A stretch of DNA of 64,000 nt from Chloroflexota bacterium (GCA_016865855.1 VGNX01000001.1:1060-65059), one strand, 5' to 3'; numbered from the stretch's first letter, positions 24,201 to 33,740 are shown. Notes: generated by a model from the letters alone, not told the origin. Translations and numbers: made by a program.

Positions 24201-26942
24201 ATGAAAGGCAATAAACCAAAAGGAAAACCAGCAGGCCTGATTTCTTCCCGAGATAGCACCCGTCAGAAAAAGGCAGAGGAAGCCTTAAGACAGTCGGAGG
24301 AGAGGTACCGGACTATCTTGGAGGACATAAAAGAAGGCTATTGGGAGACAGACCCTGCCGGCAATTTCACCTTTTTCAATGACGCAGTATGCCATCTGCT
24401 GGGATACTCCAAGAAAAAGATGATGGGGATGAATTATCGGGCCTATATCATTGCTGAAGATGTGGATAAAGTGTACAAGGCCTTCAATCAAGTTTATCGA
24501 ACAGATAAGCCAATCGAGAACATGCTCTACAAAACTATCCGAAAGGATAGGAGCGAAAGATTCGCCGAAACCTCAGTTTTTCCAAGGCGAAATGACACGG
24601 GAGAGATAATCGGATTCCGTGGAGTTACCCGTGATGTTACCGAACGCAAGGAGATGGAGAAGGCGCTGCGCGAAAGCGAGGAGAAATTCCGTATTGCCGC
24701 TGCTAGCGTCAGCGATTTGGTCTGGGACTGGGACATTGTAGAAGGAAAACTGGATTGGTTCGGCAATATAGATGAAATGCTTGGCTATGCCCCGGGCGAA
24801 TTCCCTAGGACAATCGACGCCTGGGAAAAGGCAATTCATCCCGATGACCATGACCGCGTAATGGCAGTACTTGACCTGCATCTAACCACACGGACACCTT
24901 ATTTTGAGGAGTACCGCGTGATACGGAAAGATGGGAGTATTCGCTATTGGATAGACCGCGGCGCTGCCTTCTGGGATGAGAAAGGAAATGCTCACAGAAT
25001 GTTCGGGGCTTGCAGTGATATAAGTGAACGCAAGCAGGCCGAGGAAGCCCTGAGACAATCAGAGAAGAGATATCGAACTGTTCTGGAGGATATGGAGGAG
25101 TCCTACTATGAGATAGACCTCGCCGGCAACTTCACTTTTTTCAATGATGCACTGTGTCGCAGGTTGGGATATTCCAGAGAAGAGCTGACGGGAATAAACT
25201 ATCGGGTTTTCACACCACCTGAGAATGTCAAAAAAGTGCTTGAGACCTATAATCGTGTGTATCGTACAGGTAAGCCAGTTAAATCGTTTCCTGTGGAACG
25301 GATTAGAAAGGACGGAACACGAATATTTGCTGAATCATCGGTCTTTTCCTTACAAAATGAGAGGGGCGAGATAATCGGCTTTCGGGGGCTCAGCCGTGAT
25401 GTTACCGAACGCCTGCAGATGATTGAAGCCTTAAGGCGCTCGGGGGAAAGATATCGGACTATTCTGGAGGAGATGCAGGATGGTTACTTTGAGGTTGACC
25501 TTACCGGCAACTTTACTTTCTTCAACGATGCACTGTGCCGCGGGTTAGGCTATTCCAGAGAAGAGCTGATGGGGATGAACTATCGGGTTTACATACCCCC
25601 TGAGCATGTCAAAAAAGTGTTTAAGACCTATAATCGTGTGTATCGTACAGGTGATATAACTAAATGGTTCCCTATAGACCAGATTAGAAAGGACGGGACA
25701 AGGGTATCCACCGAGGACTCGATTTGGCCATTAAGAAACGAGAGGGGCGATATTATTGGATTCCGTGGCATTAGCCGTGATGTTACCGAACGTAAGCAGG
25801 CAGAACTAGAAAGAAGGCAAATTGAGCAGAAAGCTCAGCTTGCCAGCCGATTGGCTTCTGTCGGCGAGTTGGCTTCGGGTATCGCCCATGAGATAAATAA
25901 TCCACTGACCGGGGTTATCGGTTATGCCCACTTGCTATTAGACAGAAAAGATATATCCCAGGACATCAGACACGACTTAGAGATTATCAATGAAGGCGCC
26001 CAACGGGTGGCTGCTATTATAAGGAAACTGCTCACCTTTGCCCGGCAGCAGAAACCGGAGCAAAGATTCGCCAACATTAACGAAATTATAAGTACCACAC
26101 TCGACCTGCGAGCCTATGAGTTAGCATCCAATAGTATAAGGGTGGCTTTCCAACCGGCTCGCGACTTACCCATGACCATCGTCGACTCTGGTCAACTTCA
26201 GCAAGTGTTCCTGAATTTAATCATAAATGCCGAGACGGCGATGAAGTTGACCAAAGGTGGGGGCAAGCTGTCGATTAAGACAGAGCAGGTGGATAACACC
26301 ATCCTGATATCCTTTAAAGACAACGGTCCGGGTATAGCTAAGGAGAACCTGGAGAGGATATTTGACCCCTTCTTTACCACCAGAGAGGTGGGTCAGGGGA
26401 CAGGGCTTGGCTTGAACGTCTGCCACGGGATAATAACCGAACATAAAGGCAGGATATGGGTTAAAAGCAAGTTAGGTAGAGGGGCTACCTTCATTGTGGA
26501 GTTGCCCATAGTCACTGAAGACAGCCAGTTGGTGCTGCTTGAGCCGACAGTCGAAGAGCCTAAGAAGGTGACCAAGGCTAAGATACTGGTGATAGATGAT
26601 GAGCCGGTGATAAGGCAGTTTGTCAGCCGTGTGCTGAGTGAAGAAGGGCATGAGGTGGAAGCTGTGGATAAAGCTGAAGATGCCTTGGAAAAGATTAAGA
26701 GTAAGAGGTACCGTCTCATCCTGCTTGATATCAAGATGCCGGGCATAAGCAGTATTGAGTTGTATAAGCAATTTCAAGAAATAGCTCCGTCTCTGATGAA
26801 GAGAGTAGTCTTCATCACCGGCGATGTCCTGGGGAAACGTACCACGGATTTTCTCGCCAAGACAAAAGCACCTTACATTATGAAGCCGTTTGATGCCGAG
26901 CAATTGAAGACGGAGATAAACCGCATATTAGCCAGAGGGTGA
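24201..26942 (+). CDS. multi-PAS hybrid sensor histidine kinase with C-terminal receiver
   Basis: 913 aa with four PAS modules. H-box IAHEINNPLTGV, N-box LNLIINAETA, G1 DNGPGI, G2 GTGLGLNV, then a receiver (ILVIDDEP...LILLDIKMPG). Confidence 0.9.
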   Translation: MKGNKPKGKPAGLISSRDSTRQKKAEEALRQSEERYRTILEDIKEGYWETDPAGNFTFFNDAVCHLLGYSKKKMMGMNYRAYIIAEDVDKVYKAFNQVYRTDKPIENMLYKTIRKDRSERFAETSVFPRRNDTGEIIGFRGVTRDVTERKEMEKALRESEEKFRIAAASVSDLVWDWDIVEGKLDWFGNIDEMLGYAPGEFPRTIDAWEKAIHPDDHDRVMAVLDLHLTTRTPYFEEYRVIRKDGSIRYWIDRGAAFWDEKGNAHRMFGACSDISERKQAEEALRQSEKRYRTVLEDMEESYYEIDLAGNFTFFNDALCRRLGYSREELTGINYRVFTPPENVKKVLETYNRVYRTGKPVKSFPVERIRKDGTRIFAESSVFSLQNERGEIIGFRGLSRDVTERLQMIEALRRSGERYRTILEEMQDGYFEVDLTGNFTFFNDALCRGLGYSREELMGMNYRVYIPPEHVKKVFKTYNRVYRTGDITKWFPIDQIRKDGTRVSTEDSIWPLRNERGDIIGFRGISRDVTERKQAELERRQIEQKAQLASRLASVGELASGIAHEINNPLTGVIGYAHLLLDRKDISQDIRHDLEIINEGAQRVAAIIRKLLTFARQQKPEQRFANINEIISTTLDLRAYELASNSIRVAFQPARDLPMTIVDSGQLQQVFLNLIINAETAMKLTKGGGKLSIKTEQVDNTILISFKDNGPGIAKENLERIFDPFFTTREVGQGTGLGLNVCHGIITEHKGRIWVKSKLGRGATFIVELPIVTEDSQLVLLEPTVEEPKKVTKAKILVIDDEPVIRQFVSRVLSEEGHEVEAVDKAEDALEKIKSKRYRLILLDIKMPGISSIELYKQFQEIAPSLMKRVVFITGDVLGKRTTDFLAKTKAPYIMKPFDAEQLKTEINRILARG

Positions 26943-26965
26943 CTCTCTGAAACCCAACCGACCTC

Positions 26966-27333
26966 GCGTGGCAATCCCTATCATGATTTCCCTTAGATTG
27001 CCACGTCGCTAACGCTCCTCGCAATGACATAACAAAAGAAGCCCCTAACAATGACCAAAAGCTCCCTCTCCTGTCATTGCAAGCCCTTTGCCCTTTGTCA
27101 TTCTGAGGGAGCGGAGCGGCCGAAGAATCTCATCCCTTGCCTTGAGATCCTTCGCTTCGCTCAGGAGGGACAAGGTCTGTCCGCCTCGAACAGGTCGTGC
27201 CGTAATTTTCTGACTCCAAAGGGCTAAAACCCCACAACTACGTGTTTGTAATCTGACACAGGTTGTGCTCCAACTAATGTAGCCACGACCCTTTAGGGTC
27301 GTGCCCACGAGGCTAAAGCCTCGTGGCTACATG
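26966..27333. repeat. composite repeat block (both hairpin-repeat families plus a full REP-like palindrome 27277..27333)
   Basis: Contains agattgccacgtcgctaacgctcctcgcaatgac, tgtcattctgagggagcggagcggccgaagaatctc and atgtagccacgaccctttagggtcgtgcccacgaggctaaagcctcgtggctacatg. Track ORF 27045..27308 is spurious. Confidence 0.8.
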
Positions 27334-27436
27334 CGTTTAGGACAGCTTCCTTCTTCTCCAAAGAAAGGCCTCAATAGATGATACACGGTCTAGAAAATAG
27401 CCGAAAGGCAAGATTTGGAAGTATAATAACCATGAC

Positions 27437-28600
27437 ATGATATCTGTTTCAAGACTGCTGTGCGATGCAGTTGGGCCAGGCGACAGCCTTCGCTACAGCA
27501 GGCAATATCCAGCCGCCGATAGGCAACGACCTATCGTCGTCTGGAATTGCACCAGAAAATGCAACCTCCATTGTGTCCATTGCTACAGCAGCGCTGGCAA
27601 TAAAGACCCCGCTGAAGTTTTAAACACTGAGCAGGCAAAATCGTTCATACGTGACCTGGCAGATTTCGGCGTGCCGGTGATATTATTCTCGGGCGGTGAG
27701 CCATTGCTCAGAGAGGATATCTTTGAGCTTGCCAACTTCGCCAGGGAACAAGGGATAAGGACTGTCCTATCCACAAACGGTACTCTTATCTCCAAGGAAG
27801 TGGCCAAGAAAATAAGGAATGTTGGCTTTGCCGAGGTGGGCATCAGCCTGGATGGCATCGGTGACAAAAATGACCAATTCCGCAGCAAAAAAGGTGCCTA
27901 CGAAACGGCTTTGCAGGGTATCCGAAACTGCATCGCTCTAGGACTAAGAGTATCTTTGAGACTGACCATCACTCTCTCCAACTATATGGAAATACCTGCT
28001 ATCTTCGACCTTGTAGAAAGAGAAGATGTAAAGCGGGTCTGTTTTTATCATCTCGTCTACGTTGGTCGGGGAAGTGCCCTGAGCACAGACGACTTGAACC
28101 ATTCCCAAACCAGGGCAGTTTTCGACCTAATCTGTGACCGCACCGTAGACCTTTATGAACGCGGTATGCCCAAAGAAGTCCTTACCGTGGATAATCACGC
28201 CGACGGTGTTTACCTTTACCTTAAGCTGAAAAAGCAAGACCCCGCCCGTGCTGAGAAAGTATTGGCTTTGCTACAGGCCAATGGCGGCAACAATTCGGGC
28301 ATCCGCATAGGAGCAGTTGACGAATTGGGGAATGTCCACGCCGACCAATTCTGGCAACACTACTCCTTCGGCAATGTGCGCCAGCAGAAATTCGGCGATA
28401 TCTGGCTGGATACATCAGACCAATTGATGCGCGGGCTTAAGAACCGAAAGGGATTGCTTAAGGGACGCTGCGCCAAATGCCAGTACCTCGACTTGTGCAA
28501 CGGCAACCTGCGGGTGCGAGCTGAGGCAGTTTTTGGCGATGTCTGGGCTGAAGACCCGGCATGTTATCTGACAGATAGCGAGATTGAACTGGTTCAATGA
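27437..28600 (+). CDS. NirJ-like radical SAM/SPASM protein of the alternative heme pathway (AhbC/AhbD type; probably AhbC-like)
   Basis: Has CTRKCNLHCVHCY (CxxxCxxC), SGGEPLL and a C-terminal Cys cluster (RCAKCQYLDLCNG...ACY). It sits within a siroheme/heme gene cluster. Confidence 0.7.
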   Translation: MISVSRLLCDAVGPGDSLRYSRQYPAADRQRPIVVWNCTRKCNLHCVHCYSSAGNKDPAEVLNTEQAKSFIRDLADFGVPVILFSGGEPLLREDIFELANFAREQGIRTVLSTNGTLISKEVAKKIRNVGFAEVGISLDGIGDKNDQFRSKKGAYETALQGIRNCIALGLRVSLRLTITLSNYMEIPAIFDLVEREDVKRVCFYHLVYVGRGSALSTDDLNHSQTRAVFDLICDRTVDLYERGMPKEVLTVDNHADGVYLYLKLKKQDPARAEKVLALLQANGGNNSGIRIGAVDELGNVHADQFWQHYSFGNVRQQKFGDIWLDTSDQLMRGLKNRKGLLKGRCAKCQYLDLCNGNLRVRAEAVFGDVWAEDPACYLTDSEIELVQ

Positions 28601-29733
28601 CAAGAGACATGGTTAGAGAGAGCCAAGTGGAAGAGGAAAACATCACCCCTAGACTACAGATGGTAGCCTGGGAGATAACACGAAGCTGTAACTTGTTTTG
28701 TGCTCACTGCCGCTCCTCCTCTACTGCTGGCGCTTATGAAAACGAACTTTCCACCGAAGAATGTCTCCACCTGATAGATGGCATACTGGAGGTGGGCAAA
28801 CCTGTCATAATCCTCAGCGGTGGCGAACCCCTTCTACGCCACGACCTTTTCCAGATAGCAAAATACGCGGTGGAGAAAGGGCTGCGGGTAGTTATGGGCA
28901 GCAACGGTACCCTCATCACCGAGGAGGTCGCTGCTAAACTGAAGACAATCCCCATATCTAGGGTGGCTGTCAGTATAGATTTTCCCACGCCCGAACTTCA
29001 GGACAAGTTCCGTGGCAAAGCAGGAGCTTTCCAGACGGCTATAGCAGGGATTGCCCGATTACGCCAGGCAGGCATCGAAGTCCAGATTAACAGCACCATC
29101 ACCAGGCTAAACGTCAGGTATCTGAATGGGCTGCTGGACCTTGCCCTTGAAGCAGGGGCCGCGGCTTTCCATCCATTTATGCTGGTGCCGACAGGTCGGG
29201 GCAGAGGGCTTGAAGCGGTAGAGATGTCCCCAGAAGAATATGAGCAAACTCTAAACTGGGTTTATGATAAGCAGAAAGGGCTGGGAAACAGGATATTCTT
29301 TAAGCCGACAGACGCCCCTCATTACCAGCGGATAGTCAGACAGAGAGGCAGCAGAGCCGATCCGCAAGGAGTATTGCTTGGTGAGAAATCAGCAACGAAG
29401 GCTAGAAAAGATGCCCTGAATTCTATGACACGCGGCTGTCTGGCTGGGACTGGTTTTTGCTTCATCTCCCATCGGGGCAGGGTGCAGGGGTGTGGCTATC
29501 TCGATGTGGAAGCCGGGAACATAAGAGACAAGAACTTCGGCGAAATCTGGATGAATTCCACGCTGTTCCGTGAATTGAGAGACCTGTCGAACATCAAGGG
29601 GAAGTGCGGCATCTGTGAATACAAGGGGGTCTGCGGCGGCTGCCGAGCCAGAGCCTACGAATCCACCGGCGATTACCTCGAAGCTGAGCCTTACTGCATT
29701 TATGAGCCGATCACATTACGAAAGAACAGGTAA
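28597..29733 (+). CDS. NirJ-like radical SAM/SPASM protein of the alternative heme pathway (AhbC/AhbD type; probably AhbD-like)
   Basis: Has VAWEITRSCNLFCAHCR, SGGEPLL and C-terminal KCGICEYKGVCGGCRARA...PYC. It shares a 4-nt start/stop overlap with the upstream gene. Confidence 0.7.
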   Translation: MTRDMVRESQVEEENITPRLQMVAWEITRSCNLFCAHCRSSSTAGAYENELSTEECLHLIDGILEVGKPVIILSGGEPLLRHDLFQIAKYAVEKGLRVVMGSNGTLITEEVAAKLKTIPISRVAVSIDFPTPELQDKFRGKAGAFQTAIAGIARLRQAGIEVQINSTITRLNVRYLNGLLDLALEAGAAAFHPFMLVPTGRGRGLEAVEMSPEEYEQTLNWVYDKQKGLGNRIFFKPTDAPHYQRIVRQRGSRADPQGVLLGEKSATKARKDALNSMTRGCLAGTGFCFISHRGRVQGCGYLDVEAGNIRDKNFGEIWMNSTLFRELRDLSNIKGKCGICEYKGVCGGCRARAYESTGDYLEAEPYCIYEPITLRKNR

Positions 29734-29741
29734 ACATAAGA

Positions 29742-30863
29742 ATGCCGACAAAGATCGACAATGTTGACAAAAACCTGCTGAACATCATCCAGGCAGAGTT
29801 CCCCCTGAGCCGAGAGCCGTTCACTGCCTTGGGACTACACCTAAGCGTTAACTGTAATGAGGTAATCCAGAGAATAGAGAGGTTAAAATCAGGAGGAATC
29901 ATACGCCTGATAGGTCCCGTTTTTAATCCAAGAAGGCTCGGCTACCGGACTACCTTGGTAGCGGTGAAAGTACCCGTGGAACGGCTGGATGAGGCGGAAC
30001 AAATCGTCAGCACACATCCGATGGTGAGCCATTGCTACGAACGCGACCATGACTTCAACCTTTGGTTCACATTGGCCATGCCTGTAGCCGAGGACATAGA
30101 GAGCGAGGTACACAAGCTAGGCAGCAGAACCAAGGCCGAGGAAATATTAAACCTACCCGCAGTGAGAGTTTTCAAAATAGGAGCTTTCTTTAACCTCAGC
30201 AGAAGTAATTCCCACCTGTCATTGCGAGCTCTTCACTCCACTGTCATTGCGAGCGAAGCGTGGCAATCTCAATCCCTCCCCCCACCAGAATTGCCACGGC
30301 ATTTCGTGCCTCGCAATGACAATAAACATTTTCATCTAAAAGTGCCGGAACCTGAAATCGAATACCATAGCCCGCTCAACACGTGCTCCGACCTGTCTAT
30401 CGTTGACCGGGCTGTCATCAATGAATTACAGCAAGACCTACCCCTCAGTGAAAAACCGTTTGACCTAATATCAGCAAGACTTTCTATGAACGTGGACAAA
30501 TTTCTCAGCCACTGCCAGGCTCTTTTGCAGCGCGGAATTATGCGACGCTTCAGTGCCTCTATCAACCACAACAAACTTGGATTTACGGCCAATGCTATGG
30601 CTTGCTGGAACATGCCACCTGATATAATAGAGGCAGCAGGCAATAAGATAGCCAAGTTTCCGGAGATAAGCCACTGCTATGAAAGGCAGACAAGCCCCCT
30701 CTGGCCTTATAACCTATTTGCCATGATACATACCGCCACCAAAGAGACCTGCCGAGCCATAGCTAACCGGATACACTCAGAGACCGGGCTTGGTAAAAAT
30801 GACTTGGTGTTGCTTTTCAGCACCAAAGAGATAAAAAAGACGAGGGTTCGATATACGGTATGA
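29742..30863 (+). CDS. fused two-module AsnC/Lrp-like siroheme decarboxylase (AhbA/AhbB, NirDL-like)
   Basis: Two homologous modules: DKNLLNIIQAEFPLSREPF...HCYERDHDFNLWFTL and DRAVINELQQDLPLSEKPF...HCYERQTSPLWPYNLFAMI. They are joined by a linker encoded by hairpin repeats at 30217..30320. Confidence 0.7.
   Translation: MPTKIDNVDKNLLNIIQAEFPLSREPFTALGLHLSVNCNEVIQRIERLKSGGIIRLIGPVFNPRRLGYRTTLVAVKVPVERLDEAEQIVSTHPMVSHCYERDHDFNLWFTLAMPVAEDIESEVHKLGSRTKAEEILNLPAVRVFKIGAFFNLSRSNSHLSLRALHSTVIASEAWQSQSLPPPELPRHFVPRNDNKHFHLKVPEPEIEYHSPLNTCSDLSIVDRAVINELQQDLPLSEKPFDLISARLSMNVDKFLSHCQALLQRGIMRRFSASINHNKLGFTANAMACWNMPPDIIEAAGNKIAKFPEISHCYERQTSPLWPYNLFAMIHTATKETCRAIANRIHSETGLGKNDLVLLFSTKEIKKTRVRYTV
30217..30320. 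repeat. hairpin-repeat units located inside the coding sequence
   Basis: tgtcattgcgagctcttcactccactgtcattgcgagcgaagcgtggcaatctc...attgccacggcatttcgtgcctcgcaatgac. It is translated in-frame as LSLRALHSTVIASEAWQSQSLPPPELPRHFVPRND. Confidence 0.85.
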
Positions 30864-31525
30864 AAAGGGATGAGCCAGCATCTACATACTACCCTATTTT
30901 ACTGAATATTCAAGGTAGGAAGTGCCTGGTGGTCGGTGGGGGGCCAGTAGCTTTGCGCAAAGTAAAGGCACTTCTAGAGCACGGTGCTAATGTGGAGATT
31001 GTCAGTCCCACCTTCTGCCCGGAGCTAAATCAGCTGGCAACAGATGGAGCCATACGAGCCATCCAAAGAGACTACAAGTCAGAAGATTTGCAGCACACCT
31101 TTATCGCCATAGCTGCAACCGATGATGCCAAAACGAATGAACGCGTGGCTGCCGAGGCCAGACGGCAAGGAGTCTTGATGAATGTGGCAGACGACCCAAA
31201 AAACTCCGACTTTATTGTCCCTTCTTACTTAAAGCGTGGTGATGTCATCATCGCTGTTTCCACATCTGGCAGAAGCCCGGCGCTGGCCCGCAAAATCAGG
31301 AGCGAACTGGAAAATGACTTCAAAGCCGAATATGAACAGCTAGCCGTAGTTGCTGACGAAGTTCGCTCTAAGCTGAAGCAACAGGGGATTACAGTCAGCA
31401 GCGACGCCTGGCAAGAAGTCCTGAGCTTAAATTCACTTATGGAACTGCTGAGACAGGGCAAGAACCAAGAAGCCAAAGAAATCATGCTTACGAGATTGAA
31501 GACGTTGGAACAAAATAAGCCATGA
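30860..31525 (+). CDS. precorrin-2 dehydrogenase / sirohydrochlorin ferrochelatase (siroheme synthase N-terminal-domain type)
   Basis: 221 aa. Rossmann motif CLVVGGGPVALRKVKALLEHGANV, plus VSTSGRSPALARKIR. Confidence 0.8.
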   Translation: MKRDEPASTYYPILLNIQGRKCLVVGGGPVALRKVKALLEHGANVEIVSPTFCPELNQLATDGAIRAIQRDYKSEDLQHTFIAIAATDDAKTNERVAAEARRQGVLMNVADDPKNSDFIVPSYLKRGDVIIAVSTSGRSPALARKIRSELENDFKAEYEQLAVVADEVRSKLKQQGITVSSDAWQEVLSLNSLMELLRQGKNQEAKEIMLTRLKTLEQNKP

Positions 31526-32802
31526 AAAAGCCACTTGAAATGCAGATTCATGTGGTGGGCGTGAATCACAGCACAACGCCGATTGAAATTAGAGAGAAGC
31601 TGGCAGTTAGCAGCGACCATGTCCCTGATGCCTTGTCCCTGCTTCGAAAATACGTATCCCAGGGACTCATACTGTCTACCTGCAACCGGACTGAGGTCTA
31701 CTCCATACCCAACAGCGGCGGTTCTTCCCAACCGGGCATAGATTTCCTTAAAGCCTGGGCAAATATCTCCAATGCCGATTTGTCACCTTACGTTTACTGC
31801 TACCATAGTGAAGCAGCAGTCAGGCATCTCTTCCGCGTAGCCTCCGGCCTTGACTCGATGATTATCGGTGAGTTCGAGATCCTGGGACAGGTGAATCAGA
31901 GCTTAGAGGAAGCCAGGAAGGCTCGCATGGTGGAACATCCACTACGGAATCTTTTCCACCAAGCACTTAGAGTAGGCAGGCGTGTCAGGGAGAAGACAGG
32001 AATCAGCAAAAATGCTCTTTCCGTGAGCTCTGTGGCAGTGGCGCTAGCTGCCAAAGCCATCGGAGATTTGACCAGATGCAAAGCCCTTGTCATCGGCACC
32101 GGCGAAGCCGGAAGACTAGTAGCCAAGGCGCTAAAAGAAAGAGGTATTTCACAGATTACGACCACCAGCCGTTCCTATGACAAGGCTTCAACTCTTGCTG
32201 TAGCACTGGGCGGAAGCTCAGTCGATATAGGTAGCCTTGGGCGAGAGCTAGCTACCTGCGATATAGCCATCAGTTGCACTGGAGCACCCCACCTTATACT
32301 TGACCTTAAGTCAGTGGAGAATGCCATGCAAGCTCGTTCCCATCACCCCCTAGTGATTATTGATATCGCTGTCCCTCGGGATGTAGAACCTCAAGTAGGT
32401 CAGATTAGCAATGTATTTCTCTACGACATTGACGACTTCACCCATCTCTCAGAGCTCAACCGCAAACAGAGGGAAACCGAGATTAAAAAAGCTATGGAGA
32501 TTATAGAGGCCGAAGTGAAGAAATTTACCACCTGGTGGCAGGCTATGGAAGTGAAGCCGGTAATCAGCAGTCTGGTGAGAAAGGCGGAAGACATACGCCA
32601 AACACAGCTTGATATGACCCTAAAAAAGTTACGCCACCTCTCCGCAGAAGAGCAACAGAGCTTAGAGGCTATGACTAAAGCCATAGTGCAAAAGATACTC
32701 CATGACCCTATTCAGTACCTTAAGAACAATGCCCACAGGAGAGCTGACTACATTACGCTGGTCAATGACATTTTCCAGCTCGACAAGGATAAGCCCGAAT
32801 GA
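31522..32802 (+). CDS. hemA: glutamyl-tRNA reductase
   Basis: Has VGVNHSTTPIEIREKLAV, the catalytic-Cys context LSTCNRTEVY, and NADPH site VIGTGEAG. Confidence 0.9.
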   Translation: MKKPLEMQIHVVGVNHSTTPIEIREKLAVSSDHVPDALSLLRKYVSQGLILSTCNRTEVYSIPNSGGSSQPGIDFLKAWANISNADLSPYVYCYHSEAAVRHLFRVASGLDSMIIGEFEILGQVNQSLEEARKARMVEHPLRNLFHQALRVGRRVREKTGISKNALSVSSVAVALAAKAIGDLTRCKALVIGTGEAGRLVAKALKERGISQITTTSRSYDKASTLAVALGGSSVDIGSLGRELATCDIAISCTGAPHLILDLKSVENAMQARSHHPLVIIDIAVPRDVEPQVGQISNVFLYDIDDFTHLSELNRKQRETEIKKAMEIIEAEVKKFTTWWQAMEVKPVISSLVRKAEDIRQTQLDMTLKKLRHLSAEEQQSLEAMTKAIVQKILHDPIQYLKNNAHRRADYITLVNDIFQLDKDKPE

Positions 32803-33719
32803 GGAAGATCACTATCGGCACCCGCGGCAGTAAACTGGCTGTCATTCAAGCTGAATGGATACTGACCAAGCTCAGAGAAGCTGACCCCGGACTAGAAGCT
32901 AGCCTTGTCAAAATAACAACCAGAGGCGACCGAGACAGCGGCACTGCCCTTGATAAATTCGCTGGGCAGGGAGTGTTCGTTAAAGAGCTGGAAAAAGCTC
33001 TGATTGATGGTGAGATCGACCTGGCCGTTCACAGCCTCAAGGACCTGCCCACCGAAATCCCCTACGGGCTTTCTCTGGCGGCAGCAACTGCCAGGCTTGA
33101 TCCGAGGGATGTCCTTATCTCCAGAGCCGGTAAGCTTGCCGGACTTGCCCCAGGCTCGAAGATAGGCACGGGGAGTCTTAGGCGCTCGGTTCAACTGTTT
33201 GCCCTCCGCCCTGACCTTGAAATATGCGGGATAAGAGGAAATATTGATACCCGTTTGCGAAAGGTCTCTGAGGGAGAAGTTGATGGCATCATCGTGGCAG
33301 CTGCTGCCTTGATACGTCTCGGCTGGCAAGACAAGATAGCAGAATACTTACCCATAGAACATTTCACTCCGGCGGTAGGACAGGGAGCGCTGGGAATAGA
33401 GATACGCTCCGAAGACAAGGAGACAGCATCGCTTGCCTCGGCAATAAATCACGCGCCGACATGGCAGAATGTTACTGCCGAGCGGACATTTTTACGAGCC
33501 CTCGGTGGCGGCTGCCGCGCCCCTATAGCTGCTCTCGGCATTGTGTCAGACGGTGTCTTGAAGCTAAGTGGGATGGTGGCCAGTGTCGATGGTGTCCACA
33601 TTCTGCGTGCCACCGAAGAGGGAGATGCCCTGGCCCCGGAACAAGTTGGAAAGCGTCTCACCCAGAAAATGGTGGCGATGGGAGCACTTGACTGCATTTC
33701 TGAGTTAAAATCTCGGTGA
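32799..33719 (+). CDS. hemC: hydroxymethylbilane synthase (porphobilinogen deaminase)
   Basis: Has ITIGTRGSKLAVIQAEW, HSLKDLPT and the cofactor Cys in LGGGCRAPIAA. Confidence 0.9.
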   Translation: MRKITIGTRGSKLAVIQAEWILTKLREADPGLEASLVKITTRGDRDSGTALDKFAGQGVFVKELEKALIDGEIDLAVHSLKDLPTEIPYGLSLAAATARLDPRDVLISRAGKLAGLAPGSKIGTGSLRRSVQLFALRPDLEICGIRGNIDTRLRKVSEGEVDGIIVAAAALIRLGWQDKIAEYLPIEHFTPAVGQGALGIEIRSEDKETASLASAINHAPTWQNVTAERTFLRALGGGCRAPIAALGIVSDGVLKLSGMVASVDGVHILRATEEGDALAPEQVGKRLTQKMVAMGALDCISELKSR

Positions 33720-33740
33720 GCCGCCCACCTAAACCAATTT

